Source of the DNA: Thermoanaerobaculia bacterium
GTDB lineage: Bacteria > Acidobacteriota > Thermoanaerobaculia > Multivoradales > UBA5704
Direction of reading: 5' to 3'
Length of the DNA stretch: 64,000 nt
Assembly (NCBI GenBank): GCA_044226625.1
Contig: JBGAGQ010000004.1
Location: forward strand, 32,001 to 96,000
The position numbers and the translations under genes are program-made. The notes beneath the pieces are model-generated. The model saw only the letters and a list, made by a program, of their open reading frames with translations, did no database searches and was not told where the DNA came from. Shown one piece after another: positions 48,093 to 58,700 of the stretch; the first letter of the stretch is position 1; each line of letters begins with the position of its first letter.

Positions 48093-50183
48093 ATGGCTGC
48101 CGCTGTCGAGACCCATCAGTTCCAGGCCGAGACCAAGAAGCTGCTCGACCTGATGATCCATTCGCTGTATTCGAACAAAGAGATCTTCCTGCGCGAGTTG
48201 ATCTCGAATGCCTCCGACGCGCTCGATCGGCTCCGCTTCGAAGCGCTCACCCGCCCCGAGCTCCTGGGCGAGGAGAAGCTCGAGATCCGCCTCGACACGA
48301 ACAAGGAGCCGCGCACCCTCACCATTTCCGACAACGGCATCGGCATGAACCGAGACGAGGTGATCGCCAACATCGGCACGATCGCCAAGTCCGGCACCCG
48401 CGAGATGGTCGAACGGATGGAGGGCGCGGAGTCCAAGCAGGCGATCGCCGAGATGATCGGCCAGTTCGGCGTCGGCTTCTACTCGTCGTTCATGGCCGCC
48501 GACAAAGTCGTCCTGGTCACCCGTCGCGCGGGCGAGGACAAGGCCTGGCGCTGGGAGTCGACCGGCGATGGCACCTACCAGATCGAAGAGGCCGAGCGGA
48601 GCGGACACGGCACCTCGATCACCCTCTATCTAAAGCCCGAGGACAAGGAGAACGGTCTCGACGACTTCGCCGAGCGTTGGGCGATCCAGCGGGTGGTCCG
48701 CCGCTACTCCGATTTCGTCACCTATCCGATCGTCCTCAAGGCCGAGAACGACGAGGACCTCGACAAGAAGGTGATGGGCGAGGACGTCCAGGTCCGGGTC
48801 GAGGACAAGGTCCTCAACTCGATGAAGCCGATCTGGACCCGGCCGCAGTCGGAGGTCACCGCCGACGAATACAAGGATTTCTTCCGCCACATCGCGCACG
48901 ACTGGAACGAGCCGCTCAAGGTGCTCTCGTTCAAGGCCGAGGGGCGGATCGAATACCAGGCCCTCCTGTTCATTCCGTCGGAGGCGCCGTACGACCTCTA
49001 CTACGTCGCCTCGAAGCCCGCCCTCCAGCTCTACGTCAAGCGCATCCAGATCATGGAGAAGTGCGAGGACCTGCTGCCGCAGTACCTCCGCTTCGTCCGC
49101 GGTGTGGTCGACTCGCCCGACCTGCAGCTCAACGTCTCGCGCGAAATGCTGCAGCAGGACCGCCACATCGCGCAGATGAAAAAGTGGCTGACCAAGAAGC
49201 TGCTCGAGTCGTTCGAGGAGATGAAGAAGGGCGAGGAGGAAACGTACCTCAAGTTCTGGAAGCAGTTCGGCCGCTGCCTGAAGGAAGGGACCAGCTCGGA
49301 CTATGAGAACAAAGAGAAGCTGATCGAGCTGCTGGTCTTCGAGTCGTCCGCCGACAAGGAGAAGCTCACCTCGTTCGCCGACTACGTCTCCCGCATGCAG
49401 GAGGGGCAGACCGAGATCTTCTACCTGACCGGCGAGTCGCGTGAAGTGGTCGAGAACTCACCCCATCTCGAGGCGTTCAAGGCGAAGGGCATCGAGGTCC
49501 TGTACCTCACCGACACGGTCGACGAGTTGCTGGTCCAGTCGCTCCACGAGGTCCAGGGCAAGAAACTCAAGTCGGTCGAGAAGGGCACCGTCAAGCTGGG
49601 CAACGAGGACGAGCAGAAGAAGATCGAGGCGGAGCTCAAGGAGAAGGAGGAGCACCTTCGCCCGTTCCTCGACCATCTCCAGAAGCTGCTCGACACCCAC
49701 GTCAAGCAGGTCCGCCTGACCAACCGGCTGACCGCTTCGCCGGTTTGCCTGGTCGGCGCCGAGCACGACTACAGCCCGCAGCTCGAGCGGTTGCTCCAGA
49801 AGGGCAAGGGGGGCGGCCCGGCGCAGCGCCGGATCGTCGAGCTCAATCCGAGCCACCCCATCCTCACTCGCCTGCACGGCCTCTGGCACGCCGATCCAAA
49901 GGATCCGCGGATCGAGGATTACGCCCAGATGTTGCTCGGCTACGGCCTGCTCGCCGAGAGCGCCGAGATCCCCGACGTCGTCCGCTTCAACCGCGCGGTC
50001 GCCGACCTGATGACCCGCGGCGTCGCCGACGCGCCGCCCGCCCCCGAACCGGCGCCGAAGCCCGAGGCCGTGGCGGAAGAAGGGAAAGCGGAGCCGGTGG
50101 AGGTCAAGCCGTCCAACGTGGTGATCGAGGTGCCGAAGGCCGAAGCCGCCGCCGAGGCCCCGGTCGCCGACTCGAAGGAGTAG
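48093..50183 (+). CDS. htpG: Molecular chaperone HtpG (Hsp90)
   Basis: HSLYSNKEIFLRELISNASDA, IGQFGVGFYS, LNVSREMLQ. Confidence 0.98.
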   Translation: MAAAVETHQFQAETKKLLDLMIHSLYSNKEIFLRELISNASDALDRLRFEALTRPELLGEEKLEIRLDTNKEPRTLTISDNGIGMNRDEVIANIGTIAKSGTREMVERMEGAESKQAIAEMIGQFGVGFYSSFMAADKVVLVTRRAGEDKAWRWESTGDGTYQIEEAERSGHGTSITLYLKPEDKENGLDDFAERWAIQRVVRRYSDFVTYPIVLKAENDEDLDKKVMGEDVQVRVEDKVLNSMKPIWTRPQSEVTADEYKDFFRHIAHDWNEPLKVLSFKAEGRIEYQALLFIPSEAPYDLYYVASKPALQLYVKRIQIMEKCEDLLPQYLRFVRGVVDSPDLQLNVSREMLQQDRHIAQMKKWLTKKLLESFEEMKKGEEETYLKFWKQFGRCLKEGTSSDYENKEKLIELLVFESSADKEKLTSFADYVSRMQEGQTEIFYLTGESREVVENSPHLEAFKAKGIEVLYLTDTVDELLVQSLHEVQGKKLKSVEKGTVKLGNEDEQKKIEAELKEKEEHLRPFLDHLQKLLDTHVKQVRLTNRLTASPVCLVGAEHDYSPQLERLLQKGKGGGPAQRRIVELNPSHPILTRLHGLWHADPKDPRIEDYAQMLLGYGLLAESAEIPDVVRFNRAVADLMTRGVADAPPAPEPAPKPEAVAEEGKAEPVEVKPSNVVIEVPKAEAAAEAPVADSKE

Positions 50184-50212
50184 CGCCTGCGGCGCCAGTG
50201 CCGTACGAACAC

Positions 50213-50246
50213 AAAGGGCGGCCAAGAGACGGCCGCCCTTTTCGTT
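50213..50246. terminator. Intrinsic terminator between convergent htpG and uppS
   Basis: AAAGGGCGGCC-N7-GGCCGCCCTTT followed by T-rich tail. Confidence 0.8.
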
Positions 50247-50275
50247 CTCTGCGGTCTTTCCGACCCCAGCGGTTT

Positions 50276-51129
50276 CTACCCTCCCATTGCCAGGCGTCCG
50301 GTCCGGACCTCGGGACGCGCGGGCATTTCCAACACCTTGCCGTAGCGGCGTTCCCGGCGCTGGAACGTCTCGACCGCCGTCCCAAGGTCCTCCGCGCCGA
50401 AATCGGGCCACATCCGCTCGGTGAACACCAGCTCGGCGTAGGCGCACTCCCAGAGCAGGAAATCGGACAGCCTCTGCTCGCCGCCGGTGCGGATCAGGAG
50501 GTCCACGTCCGGCGCGGACGAGCCGTGGATCGCCCCTGCCATCAGGCGGGAGAACGTCTCGCGGTCGACCGCGCCCACGACCGGCAGGGCGCGGAGCCGG
50601 TCCGCGGCGAACAGGATCGCGTCGCGCGCCGAGTAGTCGACCGCGATCCGCAGCCGCAGACGCTCGCCCAAGGCGGTCTTCTCCTCGGCGGTGGAGATCG
50701 CGCGCAGCAGCTCCGGCGACAGCCGGTCGCGCCGGCGGTCTTCTCCTCGGCGGTGGAGATCGCGCGCAGCAGCTCCGGCGACAGCCGGTCGCGCCGGCCG
50801 ATCACTTCGATGCGCACACCGTTTTCCGCGGCTCGGGCCGCCTCGTTGGCGAGGTAGGCGTGGAACAATCGCATCAACGCCGAGACCTCGACCGGCGGAC
50901 GCTGCCAGTTGTCGGAGGAGAAGGCGTAGAGCGTGAGCGTGCCGACGCCCAAGCGCGGCGCCGCCTCGACCGTCCGGCGCACCGCTGTCGCTCCGGCCCG
51001 ATGTCCGGCCGTCCGTGAGCGTCCGCGGCGGGTCGCCCAACGGCCGTTACCGTCCATGATGATCGCCACGTGGAGCGGTCCGGGCTCGGTTTCGCTTCCC
51101 TCGATCGGCATTCCAGCAAAGCGCTTCAT
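50276..51129 (-). pseudogene. uppS: Undecaprenyl diphosphate synthase paralog, frameshifted by 62-bp duplication
   Basis: [24 protein letters not shown] in one frame; [23 protein letters not shown] in another; removing 62 bp gives a 263-aa ORF. Confidence 0.85.
50672..50798. repeat. Exact 62-bp tandem duplication with GGC microhomology
   Basis: 50672-50733 is identical to 50734-50795; GGC at 50672, 50734, 50796. Confidence 0.95.
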
Positions 51130-51158
51130 TCGGCAAAGTCTCCTGGCAAAAAAGGGGA

Positions 51159-51578
51159 TCAGGCGTGACGGGTCGCGTGGATCAACGCTTCCATGTGGTC
51201 GAGGTACCGCTCGAGCGCGCGCCGTCCCGGAACCGCGAGGCGGTACTCGGTCTTCGGAACTCGTCCCTCGAAGCGCTTCGCGCAGGCGATGTAGCCGGCG
51301 TCCTCGAGCTTCCGGGCGTGGACGCTCAAGTTCCCGTCGGTCGTCTGGAGCAGGTGCTTGAGATCGTTGAAGGTGAGCGAGTCGTGGACCGCGAGCGCCG
51401 AGAGAATGCCGAGGCGAATCCGCTCGTGGATCAGCCGGTCGAGGTCGAGGGCCGAGCCGGGCGTCGACGGAGGGGGCGCCTCGTTGTGCGACGAGCGCTT
51501 CTCCCTCTCGGCGCCCTCGTCCCCGCCGTCGTGGCCGCCGATCGACTCCGGCCCGCGAACCAGCGCCCGCCGGGCCAT
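51159..51578 (-). CDS. Winged-helix transcriptional regulator (HTH_34)
   Basis: [31 protein letters not shown]. Confidence 0.9.
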   Translation of the reverse strand: MARRALVRGPESIGGHDGGDEGAEREKRSSHNEAPPPSTPGSALDLDRLIHERIRLGILSALAVHDSLTFNDLKHLLQTTDGNLSVHARKLEDAGYIACAKRFEGRVPKTEYRLAVPGRRALERYLDHMEALIHATRHA

Positions 51579-52190
51579 CTAGCCTCCGTGCCTCTTCGCG
51601 ATGATCGCTCCGAAGAGCAGGTGGAGACCGCCGAAGCCCGCGGCGAGCAGCAGGTCGCGCGAAGGGGCGGGACCGAACCAGAGCTCCGCCGCGCCAAGCG
51701 CCATGAACGAAAGCCCCATTACCGGCACCGTGCGCACCGCAAACGCCCCGCCCGTCGCCACCCCCGCGCCGTAGAGCAACAGCCATAGGCCGGGCAGGAT
51801 CTCGAGCCGTCCTTCGCGCACCAGGACGAAGGTGAGCAGCGCTCCGGCGACGAGCGTCGGGAAGAGCGCGAAGGCGAACCGCCGCCCCGGCTTGGTGATC
51901 AGCGACAACCCGGCGCGGCGCGCCTTCCAAGCGATCGCGCCGAACGTGACCAGGAACGCGAGCACCGATTCGCCGAGCCAGATCGAGAGCCAGGCCGCCG
52001 GCTCCCGTGACGCGAGCCACGCCGCGCCGAGCGCCGTCGCGCCGACCGCCATCTCGCCGAAGCCGGAGACTCCGGTGAAGCGCGCCGCTCCCTCCATCGT
52101 CTCGCGGATATAGCGAAGGTTGTCCATCGCCCGCACGTGGAGCGAAGCGGGCTCGGACGGCTCGGAAGGGACCGGACGGAGGGCGGGCAC
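51579..52190 (-). CDS. Conserved hypothetical membrane protein
   Basis: [14 protein letters not shown]-terminal helix, ~6 TMs, GFGGLH. Confidence 0.8.
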   Translation of the reverse strand: MPALRPVPSEPSEPASLHVRAMDNLRYIRETMEGAARFTGVSGFGEMAVGATALGAAWLASREPAAWLSIWLGESVLAFLVTFGAIAWKARRAGLSLITKPGRRFAFALFPTLVAGALLTFVLVREGRLEILPGLWLLLYGAGVATGGAFAVRTVPVMGLSFMALGAAELWFGPAPSRDLLLAAGFGGLHLLFGAIIAKRHGG

Positions 52191-52196
52191 GGGCGG

Positions 52197-52245
52197 AATC
52201 TAATCCGCGGCGACGGAGCCGTCAAGTGCTTTGCAGCGCAAAGCA
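52197..52245 (-). promoter_or_regulatory. Leaderless sigma70 promoter with adjacent palindromic operator
   Basis: TTGACG-N17-TAGATT-N6-GTG; TGCTTTGC-N3-GCAAAGCA at 52227-52245 abutting the -35. Confidence 0.72.
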
Positions 52246-52377
52246 TGGTGCAGGCTTCGGGTAGCCAGGCCTCCGTCTCGACCCGCCGAGCGGCGGCTCG
52301 GCAGGTCTCAACGGGCTCTCCGCTTCGATGCCGAGCTGGTGCTCGGCGGTCCCGGGAGCGGCGTCCCAGGACGAGGG

Positions 52378-54009
52378 CTACGCGGCCTTTTTTTCTTCCT
52401 CTTCCGGCTTGGCCTCGGGCTCCGGCTTCTTGAGGCCCAAGTCCACCAGGATCTCGTCGGCGACCCGGGTGCCGCTCTCGCAGCCCCCTTCCATGTAGCC
52501 CTGGAAATCGACCGAGGTGTGCTCGCCGCAGAAATGGAGGTTCTGGACCCGCTCGCCCTCGGCGCCGCAGATCGTCGTCCACTGCCCCGGCAGATAGCAG
52601 GCGTAGCTCGCCTTCATCCAGGGGAACGTGGGCCAATGGAACCGCGTCTCGCCGGTCCGCCGTTCGGAGACGCCCGGGAAGACCTTCTCGAGCTCGGCCA
52701 CGAATTTCTCCGCCTGTTCGGCGGGAGTTCCCTCGCCGATCGCCACCCCCGCCTCGCCGCCGGTATAGCAGACCAGGATGCCCCCCTTGCCCGGCTGCAG
52801 GCGGGTCGATTCCCACGTGAGCTGGAACGGCAAGTCGGAGAGAACGCTGCCGTTCGAGGGCTCCGCGCTGGTCTGCCAGACCCGGTCGGAGAATCCGACC
52901 ATCAGCTTGGCGTTCGTCCCGTATCCGAGCTCGGCGATCGCCTTCTTCTTCACTTCCGGCAGCTCGACATCCATCTTCACCTCGCGCAACATCGTGAAGG
53001 GGAGCGTGCACACCACCCGATCGGCGGAAATCGTCTCCGAGGTCGCGTCGCGCCGCACCGAGCAGCGGTACGAGCCGTCCGAGGCGCGGGAGATCGATTC
53101 GAGCCGGCTGTTCGTCTCCACCCGCTCACCGAGCTTGCCGGCGAGCAGCTTCGGCACCTGGTCGTTGCCGCCGCGGATGTGGAACCGCTCGTCGCTGTCG
53201 CCGAAGATGCGGAACGGGTCGGGCGTCTCGTAGTCGATCAGGTAGAGCATGTTCCAGGCCGACTGCTCCGACACCTCGCGGCCGTATTCGGTCAAGTAGG
53301 CCACCTCGAGCAGCTTGCGGAACCAGCCGTCGCACTCCGCCTCGTCCAGCCATTTGGCGATCGACAGGTTGTCCACCCGCTCCGCGCCGTTCGGGTTCTT
53401 GTAGTCGAAGGAATCGCCGGTTACCTCTTCCCACGACGTCGCCATCTTCTCGGCGATCGGCTTGAACGCCTCGACCACCTCCTCGTCCTTCCTCCGCACG
53501 CCGTCGAAGAACCAGAGGTCGCGGGAGAGCTTCGGATCCTCGGAGTCGAAATCGTCGAGCGTGAGCCCCAGCTCGTCGCAAAGACCCCGAAGGTGCTCGT
53601 GCCCCGTGTCGACCAATTCCCCGCCGAGCTCGCAGACCTGCTTTTCCGGGAAGTAGTCGGTGAGCGAGAACATCCGCCCTCCCACCCGCTTCTGCCCTTC
53701 GATCACCCGCACGGGGATGTTCTGCTGATGCAGCCGGTAGGCGCAGGTAAGCCCGGCGATGCCGCCGCCGAGGATCAGCACCGGCCGGTCCCCCGATTTG
53801 CCGCGTCCGGTCAGCTGCGAGATCTTGCCGCACCCCGCCGCGAGGCCGACCGTCGCGGCGCCCGCCGTGGCGAGGAAGCTACGCCGTGAGATCTGCACGC
53901 TCTCGCGCCAACGCTCGACCACCTCGGCCGAGGAGGCGCCGGAAGCCTGGGCCGCGCGCGCGAGCCGAGCGGCACGGACGAGATAGCGGAACAGCGGGGT
54001 TCTCGACAT
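52378..54009 (-). CDS. Flavin monoamine oxidase family protein with Tat-like signal
   Basis: SRRSFL...LAAGC; ILGGGIAGL, RVGGR, ELGGE, FCGEHT, GYMEGG. Confidence 0.9.
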   Translation of the reverse strand: MSRTPLFRYLVRAARLARAAQASGASSAEVVERWRESVQISRRSFLATAGAATVGLAAGCGKISQLTGRGKSGDRPVLILGGGIAGLTCAYRLHQQNIPVRVIEGQKRVGGRMFSLTDYFPEKQVCELGGELVDTGHEHLRGLCDELGLTLDDFDSEDPKLSRDLWFFDGVRRKDEEVVEAFKPIAEKMATSWEEVTGDSFDYKNPNGAERVDNLSIAKWLDEAECDGWFRKLLEVAYLTEYGREVSEQSAWNMLYLIDYETPDPFRIFGDSDERFHIRGGNDQVPKLLAGKLGERVETNSRLESISRASDGSYRCSVRRDATSETISADRVVCTLPFTMLREVKMDVELPEVKKKAIAELGYGTNAKLMVGFSDRVWQTSAEPSNGSVLSDLPFQLTWESTRLQPGKGGILVCYTGGEAGVAIGEGTPAEQAEKFVAELEKVFPGVSERRTGETRFHWPTFPWMKASYACYLPGQWTTICGAEGERVQNLHFCGEHTSVDFQGYMEGGCESGTRVADEILVDLGLKKPEPEAKPEEEEKKAA

Positions 54010-54204
54010 GGGGAACAACCCTCCTCAGAGACATCCTCGGTTTGGCGGAAATCTATCAGATGGCTTTCGCCCGATTCCTCTCGTTCCGACGGTCCTCGGC
54101 CGGAGGTCTCGGCGACGGGCGACCGCGAATTTCCGGCCGCCGATTCGCGGCACCCTCTCGCCTGAGAGTGCGGCCGCTTTGCCCCGCTTCCGACACTTAC
54201 CTCC

Positions 54205-55659
54205 TTGAGCGAAGATCGCCGTTCGCTTCCCCGTGGAGGGCCGCCCTTGTACCACCCCGTCCTCGATCCACGAATCCGCGCCGCCCATGCCGGCCTGTCG
54301 CCCGCGTCGCTGCGGCTCGTCGAGTCGCTCGATCGCTTCCCGGACCTGTTGCGGGGCGTCGCGTCCCCCCGGGAACGGCCCGACCTGTTCGCCGCCTGGA
54401 CCTGGGAACAGCTCTACCCCATGCAGCCGTGGCCCGCGCTGGTCGGGGCTGAGCGGATCGCCGAGATCGAAACCGCCCTGGCGGGCATCACCGAGCTCGT
54501 CCAAGAAGTTCCGACGCGGATCTTCGACGGCGACGTCGAACGGATCGCACGGTTCTTCCAAGAGCGGCCCGAACGGATGGCGGTCGTGCTCGAGCCGGGG
54601 CTGCCGATGCCCGCCATGGTGTCGCGCAGCGACCTCATCATCTCCGAGCGCGGGATCCAGTTCCTCGAGGTGAACCTTTCGGCACGGCTCGGCGGCTGGT
54701 CGCTCCGGATCTGGCAGCCGTACTACCGGAACCAACCCGCCCTGGCGGAATTCTTCGCCTCCGAAGGGATCGATCCGCGCTACCGCGATCCCTCGTTCTG
54801 CCTGTTTACGACGCTGATCCGGAACGCCCTCGACTTCGAGCTGGCGACCAACGGGGAGGTCAACGTTGTCTTCCTCGTGGCGGCCTCCGAGATCGTCGAG
54901 ACGAGCCCCGACTGGGTCCAGCTGATGCGCTCGATTTTCAACGAAGCGCTCGCGGCGATCGATCCCGAGCTCCGCGGATCGATCCACATCGGCGCGTTCC
55001 CCGACAGCTTCGAGACGCGGCGCGAAAAGCTCTACCTCCGAAACGGCAAGCGGGTCCACGCGCTCTACGAATACGGATCCGCCGGCGTTCCGCTCGACGC
55101 TTTCGTCGCGGCGAAGAACGGCCGGCTGCATGTCTACAACGGGCCGCGTCAACGATTCGGCACCGACAAGCGGAGCCTCGCCCTGCTGTCCCAGCATGCC
55201 GCGAGCGGTCGGTTCGACGACCGCGAACGACGGCTGATCGAGAGCTATGTCCCGTGGGGGCGCGACCTCGTCGCCGGCCCGGTCGAGTATCGGGGAGAGC
55301 GCGAAGACCTCCACCGCCTGCTCCGGGTCGGCCGCGAGCGCTTCGTGATCAAGAAAGGGTGGAGCTACGAGGGCAAGGACGTCCTGGTAGGATCCGCCAC
55401 CCCGAAAGACGTTTGGGAGCACGGCCTCGAAGAGGCGTTCGCCGCGGGAGGCTGGATGGCCCAGGAGCGGGTCGAGTCGCTGCCCTATCTTTTCCAGCAC
55501 GGAGACCATGGCGCGGCGCCCCATTCGGTGATCTGGGGTACGTTCCTGATCGGCGGCGAGTTCGCCGGCGGCTTCCTCCGCATGTCGCCGCAAGGCAGCG
55601 GCGACGGGGTGATCAACTCGGCACGCGGCGCGACCGAGGGGTATCTCTTCGAGGTGTAG
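54205..55659 (+). CDS. Circularly permuted ATP-grasp / glutathionylspermidine-synthase-like ligase
   Basis: SRSDL..FLEVN, DKRSLALL, FVIK, GKDVLVG, WMAQE, GVINSARG. Confidence 0.7.
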   Translation: MSEDRRSLPRGGPPLYHPVLDPRIRAAHAGLSPASLRLVESLDRFPDLLRGVASPRERPDLFAAWTWEQLYPMQPWPALVGAERIAEIETALAGITELVQEVPTRIFDGDVERIARFFQERPERMAVVLEPGLPMPAMVSRSDLIISERGIQFLEVNLSARLGGWSLRIWQPYYRNQPALAEFFASEGIDPRYRDPSFCLFTTLIRNALDFELATNGEVNVVFLVAASEIVETSPDWVQLMRSIFNEALAAIDPELRGSIHIGAFPDSFETRREKLYLRNGKRVHALYEYGSAGVPLDAFVAAKNGRLHVYNGPRQRFGTDKRSLALLSQHAASGRFDDRERRLIESYVPWGRDLVAGPVEYRGEREDLHRLLRVGRERFVIKKGWSYEGKDVLVGSATPKDVWEHGLEEAFAAGGWMAQERVESLPYLFQHGDHGAAPHSVIWGTFLIGGEFAGGFLRMSPQGSGDGVINSARGATEGYLFEV

Positions 55660-55676
55660 GTCCCGCCGGCAAGAAC

Positions 55677-55704
55677 CGAAAGGCGGCCCGAAGGCCGCCT
55701 TTCG
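55677..55704. terminator. Hairpin (probably bidirectional terminator) between convergent genes
   Basis: CGAAAGGCGGCC-CGAA-GGCCGCCTTTCG perfect 12-bp stem. Confidence 0.8.
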
Positions 55705-55727
55705 AAACGGCTTCGAACTCTCCGTTC

Positions 55728-58700
55728 TTACGGCACGCAGGCCGAGACCACGACGTCGTCGAGGAACCAGCCGTCGTCGCTTCCGTCGCAATCGGCGACG
55801 GCGGAGAACGCGAGACCCAGGCTATGGCCGCCGCAGCCGCGGACGCCGCAGACGCTCGACAGGTCGACCGACGTCGAGACGAACTCCGAGGTGCCGGTCC
55901 AAACTGGCAGGTCCGCGCTTCCCGCCGGAGCGCACTGAGAAGAGATCGCTCCGTCGTACCCGCCGGTGAGAATCGCGCCGGCCGGCAGCGGCTCATAGGG
56001 CCCGCCATCGACCGAGACCGCGAGGAGGGCGCCGTCACGGCCGCTTTCGAAGGCCCGCCGATGCGAGAAGGTGAGGCGGGGAGCCTCGGAACCGTACGGG
56101 ATCGCGATCCCCAAGGCGCCACCCGGCTGCGCGAAGGAGAACTGATCGGGTCCGTAACCGTCCGTGCAGTCCGGACCGCCGAAGCGGAAGACGCCCGTGC
56201 CGGAGGCCGCCGCGCACGTCTTCACGCCGCGCCAGTCCTTCGCCCCGCCGCCCGGCAAGAGGGAACCGGCCGCCCAACCCGCGAGGCCGGTATCGCTCTC
56301 GAAATCGTTCGAATAGAGCACCGCCTTGTGGCAGGGCGGACAAGGCGGCGTCGTGGCGGAGACCGTCGCCGAGTTGGCCGAAACGCAGGTAGGTTCCTTT
56401 TCCGCCCGCACGAAGTAGTAGTGCGGCGTATTGCAGATCGTTCCACCGTTGACGAACGTGGTTCCGGTCGTCGTGCCGTAGTCGGTAAACGGTCCGCCGG
56501 GCGAAAAGGAGATGAACACCCGGTAACGGACCGCGCCGGCCGCGGGATTCCAAGACAGGTCGATCCGCGTCGGGGAGACCGGTGTGGCGACCAGGCCCGT
56601 CGGAACGTCGGGCGGGTTGCAGAGCGGCAGCTGCGGTACGTTCGGAACGACCATCTTGCAGGCCGACGGCTGGCTCGAGCACGCCACGTTACCCGAGGCG
56701 TGGGCGACCACCTGGTAGAAGTAAGTCTGGCCGTTGACGACCGTCGCATCCTGGGTGCCGGTGACCGAGTGGTTCACCGAGATCCGGGTGAACGCCGAGT
56801 CGCAACCGACGTCGTTGCGATAGACGTCGTAGACGCCCGGCGCAAATCCCGTGACGGTGAGCTTCACCTTCTCGTCGTCGGGCGACGTCGCGATGGTTGG
56901 GGTGGGCGGCGGTGTGCAAGCGGCGAACGTCACCGCGGTCCCCGGGTCGGTGATACAGGCCATTCCGTGGCGGTTGAACGCAATGAACAGCGCAGCGCCG
57001 TGCGGTGTGCCGTTCGCGAGGTTGCCGTCATCGTCGTCCGCCGCCCGCAGCGCTTTCCAGAGTGATCCGGCGTTGCAGCCGCTCGACGTCCAGGTCGTGC
57101 CGGAGGCGTTGCAGGTATAGCTCGATCCGGCCGTCGCGCGGCTCGTGAACCACAGGCGCTCCATCAGGTTCCAGGCCGCCGCCGAGCTGAGGCCCTGATT
57201 CGGCAGGTCGCGCTTGACGAAATCCCACACCGCCTCGGAGGGAACGATCGATTCGCAGTGCCCCTCCCGGCCGCAGGGCCCCCGATAGTTCGAGGACGTT
57301 GAGCAGTTGGGCTGGACGTAATTGCCGACCGTGTGCGGCGCGTTCGAGGCACGTCGAGCCCAATCGATGTCGCGCACGCCCGTGCATACGGTGCACGGAT
57401 CGCCGGATCCGGAGCAGAGCGTCGGCCGAAAGCCGTCGCCGATACACGAGTTGTGGAGCATCAGCGCGGCGAAGAGGTCGCCGTTCGACTCGCCGCTCCC
57501 TTTGTCTCCGGCCGGGCCGTTGCCATCGTTGTAGTCCAGGCCATGTCCGAGCTCGTGGATCGCAACCCCGGGCAACTCGCCGGAGTTGCCGCAGCCCCCA
57601 CCCGACTTGAAGAAGTTCAACGTCGAACCGTCCCAATAGGCGTTGCAGGTCTGGTTCAGGTTCACGTTCGTGCGCAGCTTTTGGAACAGCCAGTTGTTCG
57701 CCGGCAGCCAGGATCTCGCGACCTCTTTGGCCCGGTTCACCCAGAAGAAGGTCGTGCGCGAGGAGCGGGTGTTGCCGGCCCCGCCCACTCCCGGCGTCGA
57801 GCAGTCGGTTCCTGAAGACGAGCTACCGAGTTGCAGGTTGCCCGACGGTCCGCCCGTGTTCGCCGCGATCGCTCCGCACGAATCAACGATACGAACGAAC
57901 TGTCCGTTGAGCGTGGTCGTAAGCGGGGTACCGCCGAAGGTGAACCGCCCGTTTCCGTTGGTGAAGGAGAGGTTCGAGAGATCGGCCCACGGCAGCGCCT
58001 TCACCAGATCGGGCGAGGAGGGCGCGTTCAACACCACGCCGCCCGAGGCGAGCGCGTAACGGTTCTCGTCCTGCAGCTCGAGAAACTGGCCGTTCGTCGC
58101 GTCGACCCGAGCGCGGAACGTGCCTGGCTCGCCGGAGCGCCGGAAGACGACGTCCCAGACGAAGGCCAGCTCGTACCCCTTGCCGAAGGCAAACCCTTCG
58201 GCGAACCGATCGTCTCGCGCCGCGGTAGGGACGAGATGCAGCGAGCCCGGATCGAGGATGACGTCTCGCCCCTTCTCCAAGCCGCCGACGAAACCCGCCA
58301 CGCTCCGCCGCGCGTCGTCCGCGGTGACCTTGACCGAAGGAAGCGCCACCCCGCGCGGGGGCACGTTTTCGAGCCCGAGTTGAATCAGATTGCCATGGCT
58401 CACGCGGAAGAAGACGCGCGCCCCTTCGATTGGAATCCCCGCCCGCGCCACGCCGAAGTCGACGTACCAGAGCGAATCAGAAGCCGGTCCCGAACGCTGC
58501 TCGGAAAGCACCAGATCCCGTTCGTCGATCCCAAGGAGAAGCCCTTCTTTCGCCACGAATTCGCGAGCGATTTTCTCCATCCGTGCAAGGTCGACCGTGC
58601 CCATGGCGCTCGCTTCAAGCCGGTTGCCGTACCCTGGAATCCAGGGGATTCCCGCTCCCTCCGCCGATTCGATCCGTCCGCTCCGCGCATCGACGTAGGC

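Noticed and set aside
50672-50798. Repeat as a CRISPR array or mobile-element end
   Set aside because: Two abutting copies of coding sequence, no spacers, no cas or transposase genes
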